A DNA stretch of 64,000 bases, from positions 384,001 through 448,000 of the forward strand of contig CAVSHO010000011.1 in NCBI GenBank assembly GCA_963727825.1. The letters run 5' to 3'. Below the pieces are notes generated by a model. The model did not search any database, had not been told where the DNA came from, and saw only the letters and a list, made by a program, of their open reading frames with translations. Position numbers and translations under genes: made by a program. Positions 21,003 through 31,325 of the stretch are shown piece by piece. Numbering within the stretch: the first letter of the stretch is position 1; each line of letters opens with the position of its first letter. This stretch comes from Ignavibacteriota bacterium. Its GTDB lineage: Bacteria; Bacteroidota; Ignavibacteria; UBA10030.

Positions 21003-22418
21003 ATGTCACATAAGCGACGACAAGATCTATTAATTCCACTTCTCACCGTCATCTCAGATGCAGTTGCTATAGAAGCGTCGTTTCTTTTCTCGTACTGGCT
21101 CAGATTCTTTTCTATACTCACGCGATACATTCCAATATCGTACGGCCTTCCACCATTAGAAGCATATATTGAAAGTTCCCTTGTTGTTATTCCGGTATGG
21201 TGCTGGTTATTTCATACACGTAATTTGTATCTTCCACGGCGAATTACATCCTTCTCTGACGAATTTTTTGCAATTGTCCGTGTCGTTATACTCGGCATGT
21301 TAGTTGTAATGGCAGGCGCTTTTTTCTACCGCACATTTTCTTATTCGCGCATCGTATTCTGGATCCTCGGTATTTCTGCAGTGACGTTCATCTCAATCGG
21401 ACGATTTATTATTTTGAAGTTTGAACAACTTTGGTATGCGCATGGCAAAGACCTGAGACGAGTGATAATTGTGGGAACAAACCCTGTCGTAAGTAAAATC
21501 TTTCGATCCCTTACCACACGGCAATCACTTGGATACGAAGCTCTCGGCTATTGTTCTGCGGAGGGCAACATGGAAAACACATTGCAAGATATTCCGTACT
21601 TGGGATCAATCGCTTCTGTACCAGATTTAATCAAAACACATAACGTAGATGTTATATTGATTGCATTTAGCGAAACAGAGCATTCACTTCTACACGATCT
21701 CGTACGCGACTGCCAAGGATTAAATGTAGAAATGATGATGGTTCCGGACATCCTTGAGTTAATGACCAGTCAAGTTCAAATCAAGCATATTGAAGGAATT
21801 CCATTCCTCGGCATTAAAAGTCCTACTCTCAGCACATGGAATCTTATCGTCAAGCGAACATTCGACCTACTTTTCGCCTCACTTATCCTCTTGCTCGCAA
21901 GTCCAATTATTCTCTTGATTGCAATTCTCATCAAGCTTGACTCTAAGGAGCCGATCTTTTATTTACAGGAACGTGTAGGTTTGGATGGCGAAGTATTTAA
22001 AGTCATTAAGTTCAGATCGATGCGCACTGATGCAGAGCAAGCGACCGGACCGGTCTGGTCGCGAAAAGATGATCCGAGAACAACGCGGTTGGGTCGATTT
22101 CTTCGCCGCTTCAGTTTAGATGAACTTCCTCAGTTGATTAATGTTCTCAAAGGCGACATGAGCGTTGTTGGTCCACGTCCGGAGCGTCCGTACTTTGTCG
22201 AGAAATTCAAAAATCAGGTGCCGCGATACCTGGAACGGCATCGCGCAAAAACCGGTATGACAGGTTGGGCACAAGTCAACGGACTGCGAGGTAATGTTTC
22301 CATTGCTGAACGAACAAAGTACGACATTTATTACATCGAACATTGGTCGCTCGTATTTGATCTGAAAATTATTCTCAAGACTATTCACGCCGTATTTTTT
22401 GGCAATGATGCATACTAA
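21003..22418 (+). CDS. Undecaprenyl-phosphate glucose phosphotransferase (WcaJ-like)
   Basis: N-terminal TMs; KRTFD, KFRSM, DELPQL, GDMSVVGPRPE, GMTGWAQVNG. Confidence 0.9.
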   Translation: MSHKRRQDLLIPLLTVISDAVAIEASFLFSYWLRFFSILTRYIPISYGLPPLEAYIESSLVVIPVWCWLFHTRNLYLPRRITSFSDEFFAIVRVVILGMLVVMAGAFFYRTFSYSRIVFWILGISAVTFISIGRFIILKFEQLWYAHGKDLRRVIIVGTNPVVSKIFRSLTTRQSLGYEALGYCSAEGNMENTLQDIPYLGSIASVPDLIKTHNVDVILIAFSETEHSLLHDLVRDCQGLNVEMMMVPDILELMTSQVQIKHIEGIPFLGIKSPTLSTWNLIVKRTFDLLFASLILLLASPIILLIAILIKLDSKEPIFYLQERVGLDGEVFKVIKFRSMRTDAEQATGPVWSRKDDPRTTRLGRFLRRFSLDELPQLINVLKGDMSVVGPRPERPYFVEKFKNQVPRYLERHRAKTGMTGWAQVNGLRGNVSIAERTKYDIYYIEHWSLVFDLKIILKTIHAVFFGNDAY

Positions 22419-22480
22419 ATAAATTATCAATGCAAAAGGAATATAATTAACAAGTACAAATACGTTTTAACGTGTTTTCT

Positions 22481-22530
22481 TTTTCATTTTTACTTTTATT
22501 TTTTTTACTTGTGACTTCTAACTTTTGACA
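22481..22530. repeat. Short degenerate heptamer tandem repeat
   Basis: AC(T/A) recurring at 22507, 22514, 22521, 22528 in a T-rich tract. Confidence 0.45.
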
Positions 22531-22537
22531 TAATTCT

Positions 22538-22909
22538 ATGGTTGCTGCATATATTTTCTTTTTACATATTGTACTTGTAGTTTTTGTTTTTATTAAATAT
22601 AGAAAAGAAAGCATTGGTGAAGGGTTTCTTGCAGTAGCATTCGTCGGTATTATTTTTGCTGTCGGCTGGACAATTGGCTCAATACTAACAGACCTCCTCT
22701 TCGCTCCTGAATGGTTTATTAAATGGTATTGGCAACCGCTGGATTCTTGGGTGTGGCAGCGTATCAGAAAAGAAATCAGCCGTGATACGATTTCTCTTTT
22801 AATTCTTACAACCCTTGAAATTATATTTTACTACTTCTACATTCTGACGGAACCGAAGAAGGATAACGAAAAGAAAAAAGAGACAGATCCTCCAACTACT
22901 TCAACTTAA
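22538..22909 (+). CDS. Hypothetical membrane protein
   Basis: Three hydrophobic segments and a charged tail. Confidence 0.65.
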   Translation: MVAAYIFFLHIVLVVFVFIKYRKESIGEGFLAVAFVGIIFAVGWTIGSILTDLLFAPEWFIKWYWQPLDSWVWQRIRKEISRDTISLLILTTLEIIFYYFYILTEPKKDNEKKKETDPPTTST

Positions 22910-23855
22910 AAGAAAATGTGATGATACAGGATTGTTCAATTTGCGGCAGAGACGATCCAAGCGGTTCAAACTTCCAGAAACGAATTGCTTTCATCGCGGC
23001 TTCTTCTAAAAGATGATTCGCCTTTTGTTCCGGTTGAACAGAACGTACAGTTCCATCAGGTAAAACAATCGTAAGAATTCGAACTTGCGCTGAAACATTC
23101 GCCCCTTGTGGATATTTCGGTAATTCTCCGCTAAGCTTATGGCGCGTCATTCCATGAAGCCATTTCATAGAAAATGCTCCGGTTCCTTCTCCATCACCGT
23201 TTTCGCCTGATCCTAAACCATAAGCCGTTGTTCCAGCAGATGGTTTAGAAGAACTTCCGATTCCTGAACGATCAACTCCACTTGGCGGCTCACCGCTTTT
23301 TCCTGGCACAGGGCGTCCGCCTTTTCGCCACGGCTCACGCGATTCTCCGCTGCCCCCTGCAATATCATTATGATCAGCCGGAGCGCTCATATTGCCCATA
23401 TCGTTCGGATAAGTCGACCTGTCATCCGCTTGAATTTTATCTACTCCAATCTGTCCAGGCAAAGAGCTTAAACCTTCGCCAAGCCGCCGTTCTCCCGGAA
23501 TACCTTGTTTTCTAGAATTTGATTTACTCCGAAAAGCTGTTGCCGGGAATGATTCATTAGGCAAAACGGCTTCCGAAGAGATGGATTGATCTTGAAGAAC
23601 AGGATATGCCGACATGCCAATTTCTACATTGCTAAATGAACGTGGAAGTTCAATTTCTGAATACTTGAAAATACGGACAACATGCTGCGGTGGGGGATTG
23701 AAAGTTTCTGGATCTACTATTAGCCGAAGAGAACTAAGAATAGTAAATGTAAATACGACGGCAAGAATAAATGCAAGCGACATTTGTTTTACATAAGCTC
23801 GCTGCAATTCTTTTGCACCGTACGGGACTCTTCCCAAATGCGGCGATACATTCAC
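22896..23855 (-). CDS. TonB family energy transducer
   Basis: YGAKELQRAY plus TM, Gly/Ser/Pro linker, TonB_C-like LPKYP..V..DGTV..AAMKAIRFWKFEP. Confidence 0.75.
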   Translation of the reverse strand: MNVSPHLGRVPYGAKELQRAYVKQMSLAFILAVVFTFTILSSLRLIVDPETFNPPPQHVVRIFKYSEIELPRSFSNVEIGMSAYPVLQDQSISSEAVLPNESFPATAFRSKSNSRKQGIPGERRLGEGLSSLPGQIGVDKIQADDRSTYPNDMGNMSAPADHNDIAGGSGESREPWRKGGRPVPGKSGEPPSGVDRSGIGSSSKPSAGTTAYGLGSGENGDGEGTGAFSMKWLHGMTRHKLSGELPKYPQGANVSAQVRILTIVLPDGTVRSVQPEQKANHLLEEAAMKAIRFWKFEPLGSSLPQIEQSCIITFSFKLK

Positions 23856-23985
23856 ATCTGCTCCTTTACGCCGCGCTTCACACTCATAACCGGCATTACC
23901 TGATTTGCCTCATACTCTCGTTCATTCATCCAGATAACCGTTCCTCGGTAATGTAAAATTGGACGAGAGGAATCTCCAAAAACAT

Positions 23986-24717
23986 TTACTTCGATCGAAC
24001 CTTGTCGATAACGTAATGCGCCTGCAATTGCTCTGCGAACGACTGCACCGCTTTTTTCGCTTCATCACGAGATGCATAGTGTCCGATGCGAACAGTGTAC
24101 CAATCGCCGCCCTTCATCGGAATCTTTTGAACGAACGAAGGATATCCGGAAAACTCTAAATTCTTTGCTGTCTCTTCTGCCCTACTCTTTTCGCGATAAG
24201 CGATAACCTGAACTGTAAATTCACCTTTCATCTCGCTGAGTTTAGAAGTGGATTCGGTCTCTACTACTGCTTCGTTCTTTTTTATTGATTTTGTTTTTTT
24301 CTCAGTCGGTTCTTTTGCCTTTGCCTCTGGCGTCTTTACAGCTTCGGGTTCCTTTACACTTTCAGATTGCTTCCCAGCTTCTGCTTTTTCTTCTACGGAA
24401 GTTGTATCTAGCAATGCAACTTCGTTCGTATCTGCTTGTTTTTGTGCCTGTGCAGATTGAGCTGGGGCTTCCGGTGGGAATTGTTCTTCTTGAACTTGCG
24501 CAATCTGATGATGCTTCTTGCCCCAAAGCTTAATAATCCCACGCTGGTTCAAATAATACACAGCTGCTCCCGCTATACATAAAACAAGCACTAAGATTAC
24601 AATTGTTTTTCCACCTCCGCCACCGCTGCTTTTTACAATCTTTTTTGTTGGTGGGGCAACCGGCGCCTCTGGTACTTCTTCAAGCTCGCCTTCATCAATG
24701 AGATTCAAATCTGGCAT
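23986..24717 (-). CDS. SPOR domain membrane protein
   Basis: Single TM; C-terminal FTVQV.AY..WYTVRIGHY.SR.EA. Confidence 0.85.
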   Translation of the reverse strand: MPDLNLIDEGELEEVPEAPVAPPTKKIVKSSGGGGGKTIVILVLVLCIAGAAVYYLNQRGIIKLWGKKHHQIAQVQEEQFPPEAPAQSAQAQKQADTNEVALLDTTSVEEKAEAGKQSESVKEPEAVKTPEAKAKEPTEKKTKSIKKNEAVVETESTSKLSEMKGEFTVQVIAYREKSRAEETAKNLEFSGYPSFVQKIPMKGGDWYTVRIGHYASRDEAKKAVQSFAEQLQAHYVIDKVRSK

Positions 24718-24771
24718 TGAATAATCCTCCTTGTATGTTTAGTATGTGCTATATTCACGAACATTTATTCT

Positions 24772-26484
24772 TCACCATTTTATTTGTGCATCTACTTGCA
24801 GTGTCAATGGAAATTCTTTGTATCCACGCCATATTTCATACTGTGAATCTGTTAAATTTTTGACACCAACTGCAAGTCTTAAAAAATCAAACGGCGTATA
24901 TTCACCGCTCACATCAATGACAGCATAATTTGAGATTGAAAGCGAATCTGTACCGGCAACATCAGTTGTTCGCTTTCCAACAAACCTTACATCTGCACTT
25001 ACTGCCATCGACGGTCCAAATCTATGAATTGCTGTACACCATGCTTCGATCGTCGGTGCGTAAGGAATTTTCGCGCCAAAAAAAGAATCGTTTGTAGAAC
25101 GAAGCAAAATATTAGAAGCAAAATAATCATTTGAGTTCAACTTTGCAACCATTTCCGCACAGAATGTTACGATTCTTGCCTGTCCTCCGTACGCAAGCAT
25201 CCAGACACCTTGGCGGGAAGAATCGGAAAACATCGGTAAATCGCTGGTAGATTTCACATTTAGTGATACACGGCTCCTTATTGCCTCTGTCCAATTGGAT
25301 TCTATGCCAAGCTCGCCTGCATCTCTAACATATTCATGTTTAACTATTGAAGCGGTAGATAGAAACCGATTCGCGATACTGTTTGATGCCAAAGTCATAG
25401 GAATAAATATTGGTTCATAAGATAAATATACACGATGCTGAGACGTAACTTGATAGCTTGCCATTAACTGCGGACACAGACGTACTAAATTCTGCCCTGC
25501 CATTCCTTTTGCCCAATATAAATGTAACGATCCTTCAAAAAGGATACCGCTATACCAATAGTTTTGCACACCAGCTGACAGATCCATAAACCTCAATCCG
25601 CCTGTGGCTGACATAAAATGGAGCTTTGTTTGAACAGGAAGAGATGCAATCGGGAATGAGGTCTGGTAATTCAAATCGAATCGAGTTTCTGTTGTCGATG
25701 CGGATGAATCCGATATAGAAAAACTTTCTAAAGAAATTCCGGCTGAATAAGGAAGATAATTTAATGTCTGATTCTCTAACTCGGTCTGCAAATGGGAATC
25801 CGAAAGCGTGCGTTGAAGATCCGGTGTCGCAGATCCATAAAAACGAAATGATTCACTTCGATAACCTAAACTGCCATCTAACGCTGCATTCCGAAGTAGC
25901 GGCGTACTGGATGTAAGCGTTGTTCCTCCCAATGCCATTAAACCACCGCTGGATTGATCTGTATTCGATGCGTAACCCTTAGTAAGAAAATAATTACCAG
26001 CTAGAGAATAAAAATATTCGGGGAATGATTGCCCAAATTGAAGTTCCGCTTGCGGCGTGAAGTACGTGCCAATACCAGCTTTTGCAAATCCCGAATACTT
26101 ATTTGTTTGTGTCTGCGAATCTCCTTCCCTGTTCTTCATCTCAAGTTCCAGCGTTTCACGATCTCGCAAAATATTTTCAGAAGATTTCAACATTTGCTGC
26201 GATACAATGGCAGAATCATCAATTATAACTTTTTCTAATTTCGGCAAATCGATTGATGCAACACCGGTAATGACAAATTCGGGCAAATCAATTTTGGGAA
26301 GAAGCCGCTGTGCAGTATTTATCGGCACCTTGTTCGTATCCTGTTGCGGCGCACTGATTCCCATCTGTTGCATAACCGGATTTTTCTTCGCGGGATCTAT
26401 CGGTTCTTCTTGTGCAACTAAAGCCGAAGTCTGCACGATAAGCAGAAGAATCGCCAAATCCCGTAAACGAGACACTACGCGCAC
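24772..26484 (-). CDS. Outer membrane beta-barrel (TonB-dependent-receptor-like C terminus)
   Basis: Signal peptide, beta-rich body, ..GVKNLTDSQY.., terminal W. Confidence 0.65.
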   Translation of the reverse strand: MRVVSRLRDLAILLLIVQTSALVAQEEPIDPAKKNPVMQQMGISAPQQDTNKVPINTAQRLLPKIDLPEFVITGVASIDLPKLEKVIIDDSAIVSQQMLKSSENILRDRETLELEMKNREGDSQTQTNKYSGFAKAGIGTYFTPQAELQFGQSFPEYFYSLAGNYFLTKGYASNTDQSSGGLMALGGTTLTSSTPLLRNAALDGSLGYRSESFRFYGSATPDLQRTLSDSHLQTELENQTLNYLPYSAGISLESFSISDSSASTTETRFDLNYQTSFPIASLPVQTKLHFMSATGGLRFMDLSAGVQNYWYSGILFEGSLHLYWAKGMAGQNLVRLCPQLMASYQVTSQHRVYLSYEPIFIPMTLASNSIANRFLSTASIVKHEYVRDAGELGIESNWTEAIRSRVSLNVKSTSDLPMFSDSSRQGVWMLAYGGQARIVTFCAEMVAKLNSNDYFASNILLRSTNDSFFGAKIPYAPTIEAWCTAIHRFGPSMAVSADVRFVGKRTTDVAGTDSLSISNYAVIDVSGEYTPFDFLRLAVGVKNLTDSQYEIWRGYKEFPLTLQVDAQIKW

Positions 26485-29400
26485 TACTGCTGCTCCATTC
26501 TTTTAAACGACGTTGAGCTTCTTCGATTACCGAGGTGTCCGTCTTTAGTTTCAGAACCGCCAGATAAGATTCGCGCGCATGGCGCACGTCCTTTGTTTGT
26601 TCGTAGGCATCACCCAAACCAAGATATGCCCTTCCGACCCACCGCTCGTACGACGGAAATACATATTTCACTCGAAGCAGAGCAGTGATCACATTGGCCC
26701 AATCTTTCTTCCCCGCAAGCGATGCACCTACAATGTATTGCGCTTCTGCGCCTATTTCATCTTTTCGCGACGTTGCAACCTTTTCGGCAGTAACGTTTGC
26801 CCGATCGTATTCCTTCAATTCAAAATACATCCGGGCTTGCGCTATCCGCGCTTCGTCTGCAATAGGCAAGTCGCCATAATCTTTCGATACCTGTTCGAAT
26901 TGTATGTTCGCTTCTGCATTTTTTCCAAGCGATCGTAATACATCGCCTGTACGCAATTTTGCTTCGGCAATAATCTCTGGATCTTTTACTTTCTGTTGAA
27001 GATTCTGCAAAGTGAGAATTGCTTTATCAGAATTTTGTTGAAGGTTGTAAATCTCCGCCGCTTCCAATAAAGATTCGCCAATTACTTTTTCTGTTGCATT
27101 TGGCACATTAGCGGCTCGCTCAAATGCTAATGCTGCTTCATCGGGACTCCCTTGCACACGGTAACACATCGCTAAAGCATACCGTGCGTTTGCAAGAAGT
27201 TTTGAGTTTGGATACTTATCAGCAAACCCTCGGTAGACAGCCACAGCATCTGAATATTTTTTCTGATTGAAAAGGAGATCGCCCTTCTTTAGCAGAAGTT
27301 CTTCGCCAACCGGTGAAGTCGGGTTTTCTTTTACAAACTCATCTAAAACTTCGACTGCTTCGTTTTCTTTCCCTAATGCTATTAAGCAATACTGAATTCC
27401 GGTGACGGCATCTGCAACATAGGAGCTTTTAGGAAACTGTCTTAGTACTTCACGGTAAGATTTTTCTGACGCTTCATACTGCTGAATATTGTAGTAACTA
27501 TCGCCAAGACTGTAATACGCTCGCGCTGCAAGTTTACTATTAGGATAAGTTTTTATCAGCTTATTGAATTCCTTAATAGCTTCGCCGTATTCTTTCCGCT
27601 GAAAGTTGATCCATCCTAACGCAAACTGCGCTTCAACGGCAAGCGCCGATTGTGGTAATGCTTTTACTAATCCATCAAGAGCTTTGAATGCCTCGGTGTT
27701 GTCGCCGTCCTTTAGATAACACTGGCCCATCTGATAATATGCATAATCGATGGAAGCGCTGTCTGGATACATCCGGATGATTGTGTGAAAAATGCCGGCA
27801 GCTTTTTTATAGTCTTTCTGAAAGAAATTAGCATCGCCAAGACGCAAGCGTGCGTCAAATGCAAATTTGCCTCTCGGATATTCCACCAACAGCTTTTCAA
27901 ATGATTCGATTGCCTCTGGAAATTTTCCCTGCTTGTAAAATGCCCAGGCAATTCCATATAAAGCTTCTTCTTTCTTCACCAATCCCGAACTCTTCGCGGA
28001 TTCCTGATAGAGCTGTGTCGATGTATTATAGTTTCCAAGCCTGTACTCTGCTTCCGCTTGATAGAATTTTGCCTCATCTGCTTTCGGATGTTTTGGATAT
28101 TGCGAAATAAACTCTGCAAACTTTGCCGAAGCGTCTTTAAAATCTTTCAGCTTAAATGCACAAAACGCTGATTGGAAACTTGCTTCAACTTTTACTTCGA
28201 ATGATGCCTCCGGAATCTCCAGAACTTTCTTGAACCATATCTGCGCTTCTTTGAAGTTTCCTTCGATCAATAAACAATCGCCTAACATTTTATATGCGTC
28301 CGGCAGAATATCGCTTTTCGGAAATTCGGTGGCTACATGATGAAAGTACGGCTTCGCACCGCTTGCATTCGTTTCATCAAAGAAAATACTGCCGGCATCG
28401 AACAGCGCATTGTCCGACCACTCGCCCTGCGGTTCGCGTTTGACAACCTCGTCAAATGTTTTTAGCGCTTTCACATTTTGCCCGGCAAGACGCTCCGCAG
28501 TTCCGCGCCGATATAAAGCTGCATATCCGAGTTCATCAGATCGATTTGCCAGCGTATCAAAGACCTGAATCGCCCTTGAATAATTCTTCTGATTGAACAA
28601 ACTCCATGCAAGATTATATGTTACTTCGGGCGCAAGTGTGTTTTTCGGATAATCGAGTAGAAATTTCTCATATTGTTTTTGCGCTTCTGCGAAATTACCA
28701 AGTTTGTAAAATGCCTCGGCAATTAAATAATCGGCGTTTGCCAATTCTTCTTCATCACGAATCTCTGTGCGGGATTTTGTAAGCGCATCGATAGCCCGCT
28801 GATAGTCTTTCGCATAATAGAAACATTCGCCAATGCGAACGCGCGCACCCGGTGTTAAACTGCTTTGCGGGAATTCAGCTATTAGTTTGCCGTACTGCTC
28901 GGCGGCTTTTGCATATTCGGCTCGCTTTTGAAGTGTCCACGCAACGGAATATAAGGCGTAGTCGCGCAGGCGATTCCTTGGAAAATTCTCGTACGCAAGC
29001 GTGTAATATTTAAGCGCGTTTTGGGTATCGTCATTTCGCAAAGACGCTTCACCGATCCAATATGCTGCTTCGCCGGCAGATTCACTTTCGCCGTAATTGT
29101 CCAATACTTTTTTAAATGCGGAAATTGCTTCGCCGTTCTTTTTTAGATTGATAAATGACTGGCCAAGTTTTAGATAAGCTTCCGGCACATATTTGGAGCT
29201 TGGATTATTTTGGACGAATTCATTGTACTTCGTGGCGGCGTTTTGATATTGCGCCGTCTGAAATAAACACTCCGCGCCGAAGAATTCTGCATCCTGTCGT
29301 TTGATGCTCTTTGGATATTTTTGAACGAAAGTTTCAAATTGTTGACCGGCAAGCTGGAAGAGACTGTCGCTGTAAAGTCCGAAAGCAAATGCAAAGTCCT

Positions 29401-29587
29401 GCTCTTCCACTATAGAAGGAGGCGATACAGGTGAAATTTCTTGTGCAGATACTGATAAAAGGAATCCGGATGCTGTTAATAAGAAAAAGAATAGAAATGT
29501 AAGACAGTTCAGATTACTGCCACGCTTTATTTTGTGGTCAGAATAATTATAGAGAGTTATCAATGCGGATTTAAAGTATTGTTTCAA
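26484..29587 (-). CDS. Long periplasmic TPR protein; true stop probably TAG 26486-26484 after a 1-nt deletion error; start uncertain
   Basis: Many YP.S..A.EA.Y.LG TPR units. Adding one A near 26500 ends the protein ..MEQQ* overlapping the next start instead of a ~200-nt overlap. Confidence 0.85.
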
Positions 29588-29760
29588 GTGTTACCGCTAA
29601 TGGTATAATGTAACAGAAAGCCGATTGGAAAGCAAGAACAACCCGACGGGAACTGTTTACGCCTGTACCAACCGGAATTCCGGGGTTATTAAATGAAGTG
29701 CTAATTGGGATGTTAGAAGCGGTTCAGCGACGGTTGAGAGCGTTGATTTGTGTCTCTAAC

Positions 29761-30156
29761 TTACTTATGAGTTCCAACGTTTTTAATCGGAGTTGCACAA
29801 TACTTAGAAATGTCAGATAGCCAATAACCCGGATCACTTTGCCAGGGTTTGAGTTTCATCGCAAGTATTATTCGTTCTACTGCCAGGGCTTTACTTTTCT
29901 CTTCCAGGATAAGACTTTCCACGGCAAAGATTTTTCTTTTAACCGCCAGATCTTTACTTTTCTTTCCCAGGGTTGGACTTTCCGCGGCAAGAGCTGTTCT
30001 TTTCTCTGCCAGAGTTCGCCTTTTTTCCAATAGGATTAGACTTGCCGTGGCCATTGCCATTCTTCTCACTGACAGAGATTCACTTTTCTCCACCTGAGCC
30101 TTTTTTTCCGGGAGTTGTTCAAGAGGTTGTATTATAGGTGCAGAAATAGAACGCAC
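29761..30156 (-). repeat. Degenerate 21-nt tandem repeat, open as a 131-aa heptad ORF (LAEKSKA-like)
   Basis: gccagggctttacttttctct-like units every 21 nt over ~29840-30090. Confidence 0.65.
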
Positions 30157-30288
30157 AGGCGATGCTTTCTATTAGAAAAAACAATTAATGGGGTTTTGAT
30201 TAGAACAAAGATGAAAAATCAGTACGAAAAGCGCAATCACGCAAACGCGTGTTTTTTAAAATATGTAAAGATTACAAGTGAAAGGCTG
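30133..30288 (-). promoter_or_regulatory. Duplicated promoter/leader, copy A
   Basis: Aligns with 30961-31113; CACGC..GCGTG palindrome, TTGCGC-N17-CATCTT, hairpin AATAGAA..TTCTATT. Confidence 0.7.
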
Positions 30289-30368
30289 TGGAAATGGATT
30301 ACAGAAGGAGGCGTTTGTTTTTGAGAATTTGGGAACGAGATGATTGAATATTTTGATGAAAATATATT

Positions 30369-30872
30369 CTAATTATAATTGACCGTTACACTTAAACCGG
30401 AAGTATTTTTGTAAGTATCGGCTGCTGTAGATGCAGGTATATTCAATGTAGCGCCAATATTTACTGTCTGAGTGCCTGCACTCAACTTACCTGTCGAAGC
30501 AGGATTACTAACAAATGCACCTACTGTCACACCATTAGTAGTACCATTAAGTACTATAGGTGAACTTGGTAACGATATAGTATACGTGTAACTTCCTGAG
30601 CCTGTAACAGCAAAAGAAGCGGCTGTAACCGTTCCTGCGGAAGCAGGAAGTGTTACACCACCATTGGGTGTGCGTGTACCATCAGTACTTAGAACGACTG
30701 TGCCTGATGCTGTTGTTGCAGCTATATTGCCAAAAACCATATCAACTGATTTAGTGATGCCTATAGGTGTTACAATAGTAACCGCTATGTTGGCTGTTGC
30801 AATTGCTTGAGCAAAAACATTTGCCGGGAATCCGATCAGTAAGAGAGCAAAATATTTAGTTATGCTTTTCAT
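30369..30872 (-). CDS. DUF4402 family secreted pilin-like protein
   Basis: Signal peptide; IVTPIGIT..MVFGNI..AASFAVTG..IGATLNI..VTVNYN. Confidence 0.75.
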   Translation of the reverse strand: MKSITKYFALLLIGFPANVFAQAIATANIAVTIVTPIGITKSVDMVFGNIAATTASGTVVLSTDGTRTPNGGVTLPASAGTVTAASFAVTGSGSYTYTISLPSSPIVLNGTTNGVTVGAFVSNPASTGKLSAGTQTVNIGATLNIPASTAADTYKNTSGLSVTVNYN

Positions 30873-30960
30873 TTCGCGAACCCATATCATTTAAATTTTA
30901 TTAGAAAAGCCCGACTAACGTGTCAGAGAAAAATCTTTTTATTCTCGTGGATTTGTTCTA

Positions 30961-31113
30961 ATAAGTGTTGTAATAGAATGCACAGGTGATGCTTTCTATT
31001 AAAAAAAATCGAATAGGGTTTTGACTAGTAGGAAGATACAAAATCGGTATGAAAAATGCAATCACGCAAATGCGTGTTTTTAAAAATATGTAAAGATTAT
31101 AAGGAAAAGCTGA
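30961..31113 (-). promoter_or_regulatory. Duplicated promoter/leader, copy B (upstream of DUF4402 gene)
   Basis: CACGCA-N2-TGCGTG at 31063-31076 next to TTGCAT-N17-TATCTT; hairpin at 30972-31000. Confidence 0.7.
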
Positions 31114-31325
31114 AAAAAGAGATCATCGGAGATAGTCTACCTTTTACTTCCTTGTTAGTTGTGATGGTCGTGTTTTTACTTCTCTCCAGTTAATGCCGGA
31201 AAGAATCATTCCCTTGTAGTATCGCTAAGTATGAACTCGTTGACTTTCAAACGGAGAGCTTTCTTTATTCTGTTTATGCAACAACACATTTTTATGTGTG
31301 TCAAGTTAAGTTTCTTGATTCATAA

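Noticed and set aside
26288-26500. ~200-nt overlap between the TPR gene and the barrel gene
   Set aside because: One missing A restores a normal stop/start overlap; the extension is not TPR-like.
29712-29760. attC site (GTTAGA...TCTAAC)
   Set aside because: Core sites are in the opposite order to attC and internal pairing is poor.
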